A stretch of 58,669 nt of DNA from an uncultured Gammaproteobacteria bacterium. GTDB taxonomy: Bacteria > Patescibacteriota > Patescibacteriia > SBBC01 > CAIJZX01. The position numbers and the translations under genes are program-made. Numbering within the stretch: position 1 is the stretch's first letter; the number at the start of each line of letters is the position of its first letter. Positions 17,276 through 27,222 of the stretch are shown here, piece after piece. Location of the stretch: the NCBI GenBank assembly GCA_964349465.1, contig CAYGGC010000007.1, positions 1-58,669 on the forward strand, written 5' to 3'. The notes below the pieces were generated by a model. That model saw only the letters and a program-made list of their open reading frames with translations, had not been told where the DNA came from and made no database searches.

Positions 17276-18457
17276 ATGAAAAAGTCGAGTAATCCGAAGT
17301 TATTTGCTGTAAAAAACATGACCAAGGATTACGTACTATTTGTAAATAGGGGAAATTTGAGGATAGCTCGTGAAAACATGGGCTTGGATTTTTTTGCTGC
17401 ATCAAAAAAAATTACGACGTCAAAAAGAAATTACGTTAAGGAATGGGAAGAAGGTGCCTCACTGCCGAAATGGTCGCAGTTAATCAAACTAGCAAAAGCA
17501 TACAACATCTCTGAACTAGCTCTTTGTAGTAAAGAGGAAATTCAAAAAAACAAAAAGATTACAGATTTTCGAGTTGAAATCAAAGATGACAATAATGAAA
17601 AAGTAAATAAGCTTATAAACATTGTTTCTTCTCGCCAAAGATGGTTGGAAAGAAAAATGAAGGAAGATGGTTTGGCAAAGAATAAACTGGTAGGTTTTGG
17701 AAGAGACATTGATGATCCAATAAAACTGGCCAAGGTGGTAGCCGACGAGCTAGATTTTAATTTGCAGAATATAATAAATTTTTCTGGCAATGATGCGAAA
17801 AAGAAAGCACTCAAATACCTTACTGAAAAAGTTGAGTCTAAAGGAATATTTGTAGGTAAAACTATATCCTATATCAAAGTTGATGTTGAGGATTTACGGG
17901 GCCTTTCGATTAGTAACGATTATTGTCCTTTCATTGTTATCAATAGGAGCGACTCTGTAGCCGCTCAAATTTTCTCTTTAGTTCATGAGGTAACACATGT
18001 ATTTAGAAAAAGTGATGCTATTTCAAATAGCCTGGAATTCAGAAAAGAACAAACTCGCTTAGATCCCGAAGAAAGAATTTGTAATAGTGTTGCAGCCGAG
18101 TTATTGTTGCCCGAATCAGAGTTTACAAAGCCATTTTATGACCGGGAAAATATTTACGAATTTGCTGAAAAGTATAAAGCCAGCCCACTTTTTGTTCTAT
18201 ACAGAATGAAAGAATTGGGAAAGTTAGGTAAAGGAAGTTTTTCCGAATTGGAAAATAGTATTAGAACAGAGACAAATAGAAATTTAGAAGAAAAGAAAAA
18301 ATTGATGATGGGCAAATCAGGTGGGAGCTTCATCAACAACATGAAAGACTCAAATGGAAATTTGTTTAATAACTTTGTGTCTAGCGCGTATTTTGAGAAA
18401 AAAATAGGTTTTATAGAAGCCGCGAATCTCTTGAAATATTCCCCTGAACAGGCATGA
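17276..18457 (+). CDS. XRE-type HTH fused to ImmA/IrrE-family (COG2856) zinc metallopeptidase
   Basis: N-terminal HTH-like segment (LRIARENMGL...LIKLAKAYNISELAL) and HExxH (VHEVTHVF). 393 aa. Local GC is far below the flanks. Confidence 0.75.
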   Translation: MKKSSNPKLFAVKNMTKDYVLFVNRGNLRIARENMGLDFFAASKKITTSKRNYVKEWEEGASLPKWSQLIKLAKAYNISELALCSKEEIQKNKKITDFRVEIKDDNNEKVNKLINIVSSRQRWLERKMKEDGLAKNKLVGFGRDIDDPIKLAKVVADELDFNLQNIINFSGNDAKKKALKYLTEKVESKGIFVGKTISYIKVDVEDLRGLSISNDYCPFIVINRSDSVAAQIFSLVHEVTHVFRKSDAISNSLEFRKEQTRLDPEERICNSVAAELLLPESEFTKPFYDRENIYEFAEKYKASPLFVLYRMKELGKLGKGSFSELENSIRTETNRNLEEKKKLMMGKSGGSFINNMKDSNGNLFNNFVSSAYFEKKIGFIEAANLLKYSPEQA

Positions 18458-18945
18458 CGAGCGGTCTCTCACAAAATACCCTTGTACTTGATACAAATGT
18501 GTTAATAGATTTTGCAATTTGGCTTCCGTTTGAAGTTAATACAACTTTTTGGTCTGTATTAGAGAAAGGCTTAGAACAAGCACGCTGGGTTCTTTTGGAT
18601 GTTGTTGAGCAAGAAATTGTTGGCAAATACGATCAGGATTTAAAGAAATGGTGTAACGAACAAAAAAAACTGGGGTTAGTCACAGCAATTACCCCAGCTA
18701 ATCGCCAAAGAGCAATCGAAATTAATAATCAATACAAAATGGTTGACGATGTTTCAGGAAATTCCGCCGCTGACCCATATATTTTAGCTTTTGCCGAAGC
18801 AGAAAAAATCACTTTGTTTTCTCGAGAAGGTAAACGTGATAATCCCACAAAGTTATACAAGATGGAAGAGGTTGCACTTCTACTTGGAATCAAGTACACA
18901 AGATTACCAAATGCTCTATATAAAGAGTTGAATTACATCAACTAG
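18454..18945 (+). CDS. DUF4411-family PIN-like protein
   Basis: ATGA start/stop overlap with the peptidase gene. LVLDTNVLIDF...FW..L......VV.QEI...AADPYILAFA matches the DUF4411/PIN-like pattern. Confidence 0.7.
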   Translation: MTSGLSQNTLVLDTNVLIDFAIWLPFEVNTTFWSVLEKGLEQARWVLLDVVEQEIVGKYDQDLKKWCNEQKKLGLVTAITPANRQRAIEINNQYKMVDDVSGNSAADPYILAFAEAEKITLFSREGKRDNPTKLYKMEEVALLLGIKYTRLPNALYKELNYIN

Positions 18946-18960
18946 CAATCAAATCCATAA

Positions 18961-18988
18961 AAAACCCCGTCCTCTCGGACGGGGTTTT
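18961..18988 (+). terminator. strong intrinsic terminator (right edge of AT-rich islet)
   Basis: AAAACCCCGTCC-TCTC-GGACGGGGTTTT. Confidence 0.75.
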
Positions 18989-19056
18989 CTTATAGATTCG
19001 TTACGCTCGCATTCCGGCGCCCACCCCGCACCACAAGGGTGCGGGGCAGGTCGGTC

Positions 19057-21126
19057 TTAGGCTCGTCCACCAGCCATTGCTGGCTTTATTATAGGTTTTG
19101 GCAATTCCTCAATCAACGGTGCAGTAAACTGTGAGTTATACAGAGATGCATAGAACCCATTCGCTTTCAGGAGTTCATCGTGCTTCCCTTGCTCGACGAT
19201 GTTCCCGTCTTTCATGACGAGGATCAGGTCAGCGTTCTTGATCGTGGAGAGGCGATGGGCGATGACGAAGCTCGTCTTATCGTGCATCAGGCGGTCCATC
19301 GCTTGCTGGATTAAGATTTCGGTGCGGGTGTCAACTGAGCTCGTCGCTTCGTCGAGGATAAGCATCGGGGTCTTGATCAACATGGCTCGGGCAATCGTCA
19401 GGAGCTGCTTTTCACCTTGCGAAATATTATTCGTTTCCTCATCGAGGACAGTAGCGTATCCCTTCGGGAGGGAATGGACAAAGTGATCCACGTGGGCGGC
19501 TTTGGCCGCAGCAATGATGTCGGCTTCCGAAGCTTCCGGATGGCCGTATGCGATATTCTCGCGGATCGTGCCGTTGAAGAGCCAGGTATCCTGCAAGACC
19601 ATGCCGAAGAGTTTCCGAACATCGGCGCGCGCGAGCGTCCGCGTATCAACACCGTCGATCTTGATTGTCCCGCTCGTCAGGTCGTAGAAGCGCATCAAGA
19701 GGTTGACCATCGTCGTTTTTCCGGCGCCGGTCGGTCCGACGATGGCGACGCGTTGGCCGGGATTCACTTTGGCCGTAAAGCCGTGGATAATCTCTTTTTC
19801 GGGAGAATAGCCGAAGTGGACGTTCGCAAATTCGACTTCGCCACGAACGCCAGTCATGGCTTTCGCCCCGACAGTGTCGGGCGCTTCTTCCGATTCCGCT
19901 AAGAACTCGAAGACGCGTTCAGCCGCGGCCGCGGTGGATTGTAGAATATTCGCGACTTGCGCTGTTTGGACAACCGGCTGGTTGAACTGTTGGACGTAGG
20001 AGATAAAGGCTTGGATGTCGCCGATGTTTAATTTCCCATTTATAGCAAGCCAGCCGCCGACAATCGCGACGCCGACGTAGCCGATGTTTCCGACGAAGGT
20101 CATCAAGGGGAACATGAGGCCCGAGAGGAATTGCGATTTCCAGGCTGTCCCGAAGAGTTCGCGGTTGTGCTTGTTGAAGGTTTTGAGGCTGCGTTCTTGG
20201 CCATTAAAAACTTTCATGACGGTGTGGCCGCCAAACATTTCTTCGATGTGCCCGTTGAGGTGACCAAGCGTCGCTTGTTGTTTCTTGAAGAACGCTTGTG
20301 ACCGCTTCACGAGGAACATCAACAAGCCGAAGCTCAACGGGAGTGTTAAGACCGCGACAATCGTCATCTGCCAACTAATCGTCAACATCATCGCCAAGAT
20401 ACCGACAATCATCGTGGCCGAGGAGATAATCTGGCTCATCGATTGGTTGAGGGTCTGGCCGACCGTGTCGATATCGTTGGTGATACGGCTGAGCACTTCG
20501 CCGTAGGTTGTACCATCAAAATATTTCAACGGCATCCGACCGATTTTCAAAGAAATATCACGGCGGAACTGGTAGGTGATCTTCTGCGAGACGCTGGTCA
20601 TAATCCAGCCCTGGAAGAGATTGAAGATCATGCTGATCACGTACAGCACGACGAGCAGAATCGCTAACGACCGAATACTGTCATAGTTGAATGACGGGCG
20701 GACGGAGAGATCGAGATCAGCAATCGCTGTTTTTACTTTGGCCGGAATATTCTCCGTGGCTGCGGCTGGAAGTTTCGCGAGGTACTCGGCGCCAGTCGTG
20801 CCGGGTGGAATCACCGTGCCGGCCGGGAGTTGAGCGTGGAATTGATCGTAGGTTGAACGGGCAATGAAGTCATCAACAATGTGATTCGTCATATGCCCGA
20901 GGATTTTCGGACTGGCGATTGCGAAACCGGTGCTGGCAATCGTAAAGACGATCACGAGAATCATTTGCCAGCGGTGCGGCCGGAGGTACTGTAAGAGTTG
21001 GCGCATCGTGCCTTTAAAATTCTTGGCTTTTTGCCCACCTTGCATCATCGCCATCGGGTTGCGGCCTATGGGCATGATCGGTTTGGTGGCTTGCTTATCT
21101 TTGTTTACCATTGGTTCGTTGCTCAT
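19057..21126 (-). CDS. ABC exporter, fused permease/ATPase (type I exporter half-transporter)
   Basis: Six-TM domain plus Walker A GPTGAGKT, signature ISQGEKQLL and Walker B LILDEATS. Confidence 0.9.
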   Translation of the reverse strand: MSNEPMVNKDKQATKPIMPIGRNPMAMMQGGQKAKNFKGTMRQLLQYLRPHRWQMILVIVFTIASTGFAIASPKILGHMTNHIVDDFIARSTYDQFHAQLPAGTVIPPGTTGAEYLAKLPAAATENIPAKVKTAIADLDLSVRPSFNYDSIRSLAILLVVLYVISMIFNLFQGWIMTSVSQKITYQFRRDISLKIGRMPLKYFDGTTYGEVLSRITNDIDTVGQTLNQSMSQIISSATMIVGILAMMLTISWQMTIVAVLTLPLSFGLLMFLVKRSQAFFKKQQATLGHLNGHIEEMFGGHTVMKVFNGQERSLKTFNKHNRELFGTAWKSQFLSGLMFPLMTFVGNIGYVGVAIVGGWLAINGKLNIGDIQAFISYVQQFNQPVVQTAQVANILQSTAAAAERVFEFLAESEEAPDTVGAKAMTGVRGEVEFANVHFGYSPEKEIIHGFTAKVNPGQRVAIVGPTGAGKTTMVNLLMRFYDLTSGTIKIDGVDTRTLARADVRKLFGMVLQDTWLFNGTIRENIAYGHPEASEADIIAAAKAAHVDHFVHSLPKGYATVLDEETNNISQGEKQLLTIARAMLIKTPMLILDEATSSVDTRTEILIQQAMDRLMHDKTSFVIAHRLSTIKNADLILVMKDGNIVEQGKHDELLKANGFYASLYNSQFTAPLIEELPKPIIKPAMAGGRA

Positions 21127-22895
21127 ACAGCCACACCTCCTTCCGTCGCGAGCGCACGTGGCGCTGTATCGAGTTCTGTCTCCGATAATTGCGAGAGGGC
21201 GATTTCACGGTAGACTTGGCAGGACTTCATCAGTTCCGGATGCGTGCCCTGACCAACAATCCGGCCTTCATCGAGCACGATAATCTTATCGGCGTTCATG
21301 ATCGTACTGATCCGTTGGGCGACGATCAGGACGGTTTTTCCGCTCGTCGCGTTCTTTAAAGCCGCACGAAGCTTTGCATCGGTCGTAAAATCGAGAGCCG
21401 AGAAGCTATCATCAAAGATAAAGATTTCCGGTTTCCGGGCGATAGCGCGGGCAATCGAAAGGCGTTGCTTTTGTCCGCCCGACAAATTCTTCCCGCCTTG
21501 GGCGACCGAAGCATCAAAGCCACCATCTAATGCGCTGATGAAGTCTTTTGCTTGAGCGATGTCAGCGGCCGCAGCGAGTTCTTCGCGATTCGCGTCCGGC
21601 GCGCCATACCCAATGTTTGAATCAACGGTGCCTGAGAAGAGAACACCCCGTTGTGGCACGAAGCCGAGTTGGCGATAGACATCTTCCAACTTCATGTCTT
21701 TCACATCAACGCCATGAACGCGAACGGTACCGATGGTTGGATCGTAGAAGCGGGGAATGAGATTGATCAGAGTTGATTTTCCGCTACCGGTACTCCCGAC
21801 GAAGGCGGTGATTTGCCCTGGTTCGGCGGTAAAGGTAATGTCGTGGAGAATTGGTGCTTCAGCGCCGCCGTAGGCAAAGGTCACGTGGTCAAATTCGATC
21901 CGGCCCTTCTGCTGTTGATCGATAGCTCGCGGTTCTTTCGGGTCGCGAATCTGTGGATCGGTATTGAGAATTTCGGCTAAGCGTCCAAACGAAACTGAGG
22001 CGCGGGGGACCATGATAATAACCATCGTGATCATGAAGAAGGCGAACATCGATTGCATCGCGTACTGCATATAGGCAATCATGTTGCCGATTTGGAGAGT
22101 GCCGAGGTCGATTTTCTTGGCCCCGAACCAAACAATCCCGAGCATGGTCATGCTCAAGATGAAAAACATGAAGGGCATCATAATCGTGTTGACCCGATTG
22201 ATGAACAAGTTGATCCGGGTTAACTCGTCATTCGCCGTATCAAACTTTTTTTCTTCAGCCGGACCGCGGCTGAACGCGCGAATAACGCGTAAGCCGGTTA
22301 ACATTTCTCGAGCAACGAGATTCATGCGATCGGTCAGTTTTTGTAGGAGACGGTATTTTGGTACGGCGATGATAAAGACGGCGGTAATAATGGCGATGAC
22401 GTTCCCGACCGCGGCGGCCATAATCCAGGTCATCGACGGCGCGGTGTGATAGGCTTTGACGATCGCCCACGTTCCCATGATTGGGGCCATCAGCGACATC
22501 CGCAAAATCATGACCAAGACCGTTTGGATTTGGGTGATATCATTTGTCGTCCGGGTAATGAGCGAGGCGGTTGAGAATTGATTGAACTCAGCGAGTGAGA
22601 ATTGTTCAACCTTCGCAAACGCGGCGGCTCGAATATCGCGCGAGTACCCGGCGGACATGCGGGACGCGAGCCAACTGGTGACGATGCTCGAAAGCCCGCC
22701 GGCAAGTGAAAACGCGAGCATGGCCGACCCGGTGACCCAGACAAAGTGCAGGTCTTCACCTACAATGCCTTTGTTAATAATTTTGGCCATGTAATCGGGC
22801 AACATTAACGACGCCGCGACGCTGCCCGTCACCGAAGCTACGAGCAGGACGAGGTACCACCAATAGGGTTTGAAGAGCCGGAGGAGGTGGCGCAT
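21123..22895 (-). CDS. ABC exporter, fused permease/ATPase (heterodimer partner)
   Basis: GSTGSGKST, LSGGQKQRL and IFIFDDSFS motifs. 4-nt overlap with the downstream partner. Confidence 0.9.
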   Translation of the reverse strand: MRHLLRLFKPYWWYLVLLVASVTGSVAASLMLPDYMAKIINKGIVGEDLHFVWVTGSAMLAFSLAGGLSSIVTSWLASRMSAGYSRDIRAAAFAKVEQFSLAEFNQFSTASLITRTTNDITQIQTVLVMILRMSLMAPIMGTWAIVKAYHTAPSMTWIMAAAVGNVIAIITAVFIIAVPKYRLLQKLTDRMNLVAREMLTGLRVIRAFSRGPAEEKKFDTANDELTRINLFINRVNTIMMPFMFFILSMTMLGIVWFGAKKIDLGTLQIGNMIAYMQYAMQSMFAFFMITMVIIMVPRASVSFGRLAEILNTDPQIRDPKEPRAIDQQQKGRIEFDHVTFAYGGAEAPILHDITFTAEPGQITAFVGSTGSGKSTLINLIPRFYDPTIGTVRVHGVDVKDMKLEDVYRQLGFVPQRGVLFSGTVDSNIGYGAPDANREELAAAADIAQAKDFISALDGGFDASVAQGGKNLSGGQKQRLSIARAIARKPEIFIFDDSFSALDFTTDAKLRAALKNATSGKTVLIVAQRISTIMNADKIIVLDEGRIVGQGTHPELMKSCQVYREIALSQLSETELDTAPRALATEGGVAV

Positions 22896-22897
22896 AG

Positions 22898-23140
22898 TTA
22901 GGCGTTCTTTAAGACGTCGCGGATATTTTCTAATTTGGCACTTAGTTTTTCCGCAATTTTTTCAAGTTGTTCAAATTTTGCGAACGTGACCATATTTCCG
23001 CCCATCCCAAAGACGAGGAGCTTATCGCCGGATCGTAGCTTCAGCGCTTTTCGAGCTTCGGCGGGGATAACCACCTGGCCTTTTTCGCCGATGGTCGTTG
23101 TACCGTAGAAATGTTTGTGATGATGATCGGTTGATTTCAT
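22898..23140 (-). CDS. AbrB/MazE/SpoVT-family DNA-binding protein
   Basis: Swapped-hairpin motif GQVVIPAEARKALKLRSGDKLLV. ATG 23140 is preferred; alternative start 23188. Confidence 0.7.
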   Translation of the reverse strand: MKSTDHHHKHFYGTTTIGEKGQVVIPAEARKALKLRSGDKLLVFGMGGNMVTFAKFEQLEKIAEKLSAKLENIRDVLKNA

Positions 23141-23248
23141 AGGGATTGAAAATCCTACAAGTAAGAAATGTAGGAAATACAATATCATGTCATTCAGTAA
23201 TGGTCAAGTTCGGCCACGATGACCGGAAACCTGCTATACTCCAGCCCC

Positions 23249-24811
23249 ATGACCCAAGCTACTGCTCTCGAGATTCTCCAAACCGGCGCGAATGTTTTTT
23301 TAACTGGCGAACCGGGCTCGGGGAAAACCTACCTCGTGAACCAGTATGTCCAGTATTTGCGTGAACACCAGGTCGCTGTCGCGATCACCGCCTCCACTGG
23401 CATTGCCGCCACCCACATTGCCGGTTCGACAATTCACTCCTGGAGCGGCATTGGGATTCGCCGAAGTTTAACAAAACACGACCTCGAAGCGCTGACGACG
23501 ATGGAGCGGTTGGTTAAGCAAATCACGAACACACGCGTGTTGATTATCGACGAAATTTCGATGCTCGACGCGGGCCTGCTCGATATGGTCGAGGAGGTTT
23601 GCCGCGTGATTCGTCGCGACGAGGCGCCCTTCGGCGGGTTGCAGGTGGTTGTCGTCGGTGATTTTTTTCAGCTCCCGCCGATTTCGAAGTTTGGCGAACC
23701 CGACGCGCAATTTGCTTTTTCGGCACGGGCCTGGACCGAAGCGATGTTTGAAGTTTGCTATCTGACTGAACAACATCGGCAATCCGACGCGGCGCTGTCC
23801 GGAGTCTTAGGCGCGATTCGCCGCGGCGAAGCGCCGGCCGAAACCCATGAGCTCCTTAAAACCCGACAGGTCACCGCCGGACCGGCGCACGCCGAAACCA
23901 CCAAGCTCTACGCACATAACGCCAACGTCGATGAAGTTAACGCCGAACGCTTAGCAACTCTGCCCGGCGACGTTCATCAGTTCACTATGTCGCACCGCGG
24001 TCCAAAAGCTAAGGTCGAACAACTTGTCCGCGGGTGTCTTTCGCCGGAAGTGCTGGAATTGAAAATTGGAGCGGTTGTGATGTGCACGCGGAATAATCCG
24101 GAGCGTGGGTATGCGAACGGGACACTCGGTACCGTCGTGCAATTTAGCGCCGCCGAAGGGTATCCAGTCATCAAGACGCGAACCGGCCGGACGATGACGG
24201 TCGAGCCAATGGAATGGGCAATTGAAGACGGCGAGCATGTGACCGCGAGTATTGAGCAAGTGCCATTACGGCTGGCCTGGGCGATCACCGTTCATAAAAG
24301 TCAGGGCATGTCCCTCGATGCGGCCGTGATGGACCTTTCGCGATCATTCGCTTTTGGCCAAGGTTACGTCGCCTTGTCGCGCGTTCGGACCTTGGAGGGG
24401 TTGCATCTTCTCGGTTGGAATGAACGCGCGTTGCAAGTCGACCCGCAGATTCAAGAACAAGATCGAACCATGCGGGCGGCGTCTGTTGCGGCCGAAGAAG
24501 CTTGGCGGGCCCTCCCGACATCCATGAAACAAGAACGGCAGGAAGATTTTCTCCGGCAGAGCGGTGGAAAAATTCATGTCAAACCTTCAACCGTTGTGCC
24601 TGGGGCCGTGGTTGATGTTCCGCCCCATACGAAACGCCTAGCGGAGATTCGAGAACAATATCCGCGAGCGTATACACCCTGGACCGCTGAACAAGACACT
24701 CGTCTTCTTGAGTTGCATCAGGCCAACGCCACCATGAAATCCATCGCGGCCGACTTACAGCGTCACCCTGGCGGGATTCGGGCGCGTCTGAAAAAACAGG
24801 GGCTGATGTAA
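23249..24811 (+). CDS. SF1B DNA helicase, Pif1/RecD family, with C-terminal HTH-like tail
   Basis: Walker A GEPGSGKT, Walker B LIIDEISM, FFQLPP and VHKSQG motifs. Confidence 0.85.
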   Translation: MTQATALEILQTGANVFLTGEPGSGKTYLVNQYVQYLREHQVAVAITASTGIAATHIAGSTIHSWSGIGIRRSLTKHDLEALTTMERLVKQITNTRVLIIDEISMLDAGLLDMVEEVCRVIRRDEAPFGGLQVVVVGDFFQLPPISKFGEPDAQFAFSARAWTEAMFEVCYLTEQHRQSDAALSGVLGAIRRGEAPAETHELLKTRQVTAGPAHAETTKLYAHNANVDEVNAERLATLPGDVHQFTMSHRGPKAKVEQLVRGCLSPEVLELKIGAVVMCTRNNPERGYANGTLGTVVQFSAAEGYPVIKTRTGRTMTVEPMEWAIEDGEHVTASIEQVPLRLAWAITVHKSQGMSLDAAVMDLSRSFAFGQGYVALSRVRTLEGLHLLGWNERALQVDPQIQEQDRTMRAASVAAEEAWRALPTSMKQERQEDFLRQSGGKIHVKPSTVVPGAVVDVPPHTKRLAEIREQYPRAYTPWTAEQDTRLLELHQANATMKSIAADLQRHPGGIRARLKKQGLM

Positions 24812-24842
24812 TCGCGGGAGTGGAGTGATACACTCTCTATAT

Positions 24843-25091
24843 ATGTATTATCTCTATATTGTGCGTTGCCGCGACGGGACATTCTATACTGGTATTACCA
24901 CAAATATTGCTCGGCGGATTAAGGAGCATAATGATTCACCAAAAGGAGCGAAATATACCCGGTCGAGGCGCCCGGTTGAGCTTGTCTATCAACGTCGTTT
25001 TCGGACGCGGGCCAACGCGAGTATCGCCGAAGCAAACATGAAGCGTCTGAGCCGAATGCAAAAAGTTTTTCTCATCACTCAAGCGACATAA
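24843..25091 (+). CDS. GIY-YIG nuclease family protein (UPF0213)
   Basis: YYLYIVRCRDGTFYTGITTNIARRIKEHN. Confidence 0.85.
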   Translation: MYYLYIVRCRDGTFYTGITTNIARRIKEHNDSPKGAKYTRSRRPVELVYQRRFRTRANASIAEANMKRLSRMQKVFLITQAT

Positions 25092-25173
25092 CGTATCGGC
25101 GTGTCCATTTTTTACTTTCACTTGAATCTGCTACACTACTGGTAGTCGTTGATGCGCATAACAACTTTCTTGT

Positions 25174-26022
25174 ATGAAAATTGGAGCCCACGTTTCAATC
25201 GCCGGTGGAATATTCAATGCCCCAAAGCAAGCGCATAGTTTTGGTTGTGAGGTCTACCAGGTTTTTACACGTTCACCCCAAGGTGGCCCGGCGCCAAAAT
25301 TGACACCAGAAATCCTGAAACAGTTCAAATCCGAAAATGAAAAATACGGGTTTACCGATTGGGCAGTCCATACCCCATATTTTATTAATTTTGCCTCGTC
25401 GAATCCACGCATTAAAAAAGGCTCAGCCGTCATTATTCGGGAAGAGTTGGAACGGGCGAGTTTGATTGGCGCGAAGCATCTGATGACGCATCTCGGCTCA
25501 GGCAAAGACGTTGGTCATGACGCGGCGTTGCAACTAGTCATCGATGGTGTTGGGCAAGCCTTAAAAGGTTATAGCGGACCGACACAGTTTTGTTTTGAAA
25601 TATCGGCTGGCGCCGGCGCTTCGATTGGTTCAAGTTTTGATGATATCGGCGAGATGATTCGACAGATTGAAAAGAATGATAAAAAGCTGAAGAACACCAT
25701 TGGTGTGTGTTTTGATACCTGTCACGCCTTCGCGCAAGGGTACGATCTTCGTGACGCAAAAACAGTGAACGCCACCCTCAAAGAGTTCGATGCGAAGATT
25801 GGACTCGAGCGCTTGCAGTTATTTCATGGCAACGATAGTAAATTCGGTTTTGGCGAGCATAAAGACCGTCATGAGCACATCGGTGATGGCAATATTGGCA
25901 AAGCTGGTTTTACCGCTATTCTGAATCATCCGAAACTAAAAGATCGGAACGTCTATCTTGAAACCGAGCACGATAAGGTCAAACAGGATATCGCGACGTT
26001 AAAAAAACTACGGAAGAAATGA
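25174..26022 (+). CDS. nfo: endonuclease IV (AP endonuclease family 2)
   Basis: 282 aa TIM-barrel pattern: KIGAHVS, HTPYFINFAS, THLG and the C-terminal LETEHD segment. Confidence 0.9.
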   Translation: MKIGAHVSIAGGIFNAPKQAHSFGCEVYQVFTRSPQGGPAPKLTPEILKQFKSENEKYGFTDWAVHTPYFINFASSNPRIKKGSAVIIREELERASLIGAKHLMTHLGSGKDVGHDAALQLVIDGVGQALKGYSGPTQFCFEISAGAGASIGSSFDDIGEMIRQIEKNDKKLKNTIGVCFDTCHAFAQGYDLRDAKTVNATLKEFDAKIGLERLQLFHGNDSKFGFGEHKDRHEHIGDGNIGKAGFTAILNHPKLKDRNVYLETEHDKVKQDIATLKKLRKK

Positions 26023-26639
26023 TTCGTCGTCAGTGGCTTCTTCTAGTTGGCGCGGCCCTTGTCCTAGGGATTTTTATCGTCGCGACGCCGTGGCCGACTG
26101 ACGTTCTTGCGCTTCCATTAGTAACCAATGAATCGCCAAAACCAGCCGATGTAATTATTGTCCTGGGGGCTGGCACGCGCCGCGGAGTGGACCCATTACC
26201 GACGCAGGCGAAACTACGGACGGATAAAGGCATTGAGCTGTGGCGCACTGGACTCGCGCCGAAGGTGATGATTTCAGGCGGCAAGAGCAAGGTCACTGGT
26301 TTGATCGAATCAAATATCATGGCCGGGTATGCCATCGATCGCGGTCTGGCGAGCGAAGATATTATTCTTGAAGAGCGTTCAACGAGTACGAGAGAAAACG
26401 CTGAGCAGTCGTTGCGATTGATGACCGAACAGAAGTTGTCTTCTGCAATCGTTGTAACAACCTCGTATCATACCTGGCGGTCTTGTCGGGTTTTTCGAGC
26501 GCTCGATGCAAGCGTTCAATGCGTGGCGGCACAAATCCACCCGGTTCCTGAAAACTTTTATGAACGGATGGTGAATTTTCGCTCGGTTGTGCGAGAGTAC
26601 GGTGCAATTATTCTGTACGTTTTTCGGGGGTATCTCTAA
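26019..26639 (+). CDS. YdcF/ElyC (DUF218) family protein
   Basis: N-terminal TM segment, IIVLGAG and STSTRENA...VVTTSYHTWRS. Confidence 0.75.
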   Translation: MIRRQWLLLVGAALVLGIFIVATPWPTDVLALPLVTNESPKPADVIIVLGAGTRRGVDPLPTQAKLRTDKGIELWRTGLAPKVMISGGKSKVTGLIESNIMAGYAIDRGLASEDIILEERSTSTRENAEQSLRLMTEQKLSSAIVVTTSYHTWRSCRVFRALDASVQCVAAQIHPVPENFYERMVNFRSVVREYGAIILYVFRGYL

Positions 26640-26641
26640 AG

Positions 26642-26670
26642 TTGTCCGACCGGTGTATTTTTAGTATACT
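26642..26670 (+). promoter_or_regulatory. sigma70-type promoter
   Basis: TTGTCC-17 nt-TATACT. Confidence 0.4.
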
Positions 26671-26727
26671 CAGGCGGTATGATCATCGCCAGATCCTTCG
26701 CTAATATCAGGACGACTGCTTGAATAT

Positions 26728-27222
26728 ATGACTATTGCAGTCGTTTCCGATATACACGATAATGTGGCGGCCTGGAACATCCTTCTGCGGGAGTTTGCCG
26801 CGCGCAACATTGCCACGGTTATTAACTGTGGCGATACTTGCGCCCCGGCGATGTTGAAGGAAATGTCAACGTCATTTCCGGGAAAAATCCATACGATTTT
26901 CGGAAATGTGGCGGATCGAAAAAAGGAAGAAGAAGCTATTCATGATTTACCAAACGTCGTCCACTACGGCGACCAAGGTGAGGTAACACTTGATGGTCGG
27001 CGGATCTACTTCAATCATTTTCCAAAAAACGCTGAAGCGAAAGCCGCGACCGGAGATTTTGATATTGTCTGCCATGGACACACGCACTTCAAGCGCTGGG
27101 AAGGAATTGGCGAGACATATATTTTAAATCCCGGGACAGCCGGTGGAATGTTTCAATATCCGTCCTTCGCGACCTTGAATCTTCAAACTCTTGAGCATGA
27201 ATTTATTGATCTGACGATATGA
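26728..27222 (+). CDS. YfcE/MJ0936-type metallophosphoesterase
   Basis: VVSDIHDN, NCGD and CHGHTH motifs. Confidence 0.8.
   Translation: MTIAVVSDIHDNVAAWNILLREFAARNIATVINCGDTCAPAMLKEMSTSFPGKIHTIFGNVADRKKEEEAIHDLPNVVHYGDQGEVTLDGRRIYFNHFPKNAEAKAATGDFDIVCHGHTHFKRWEGIGETYILNPGTAGGMFQYPSFATLNLQTLEHEFIDLTI

Noticed and set aside
19024-19046. Hairpin CCCCGCACC-ACAAG-GGTGCGGGG downstream of the ABC exporter gene, considered as a terminator.
   Set aside because: No U-tract follows it on the minus strand. It may still be a stabilising stem-loop, but I do not call it a terminator.
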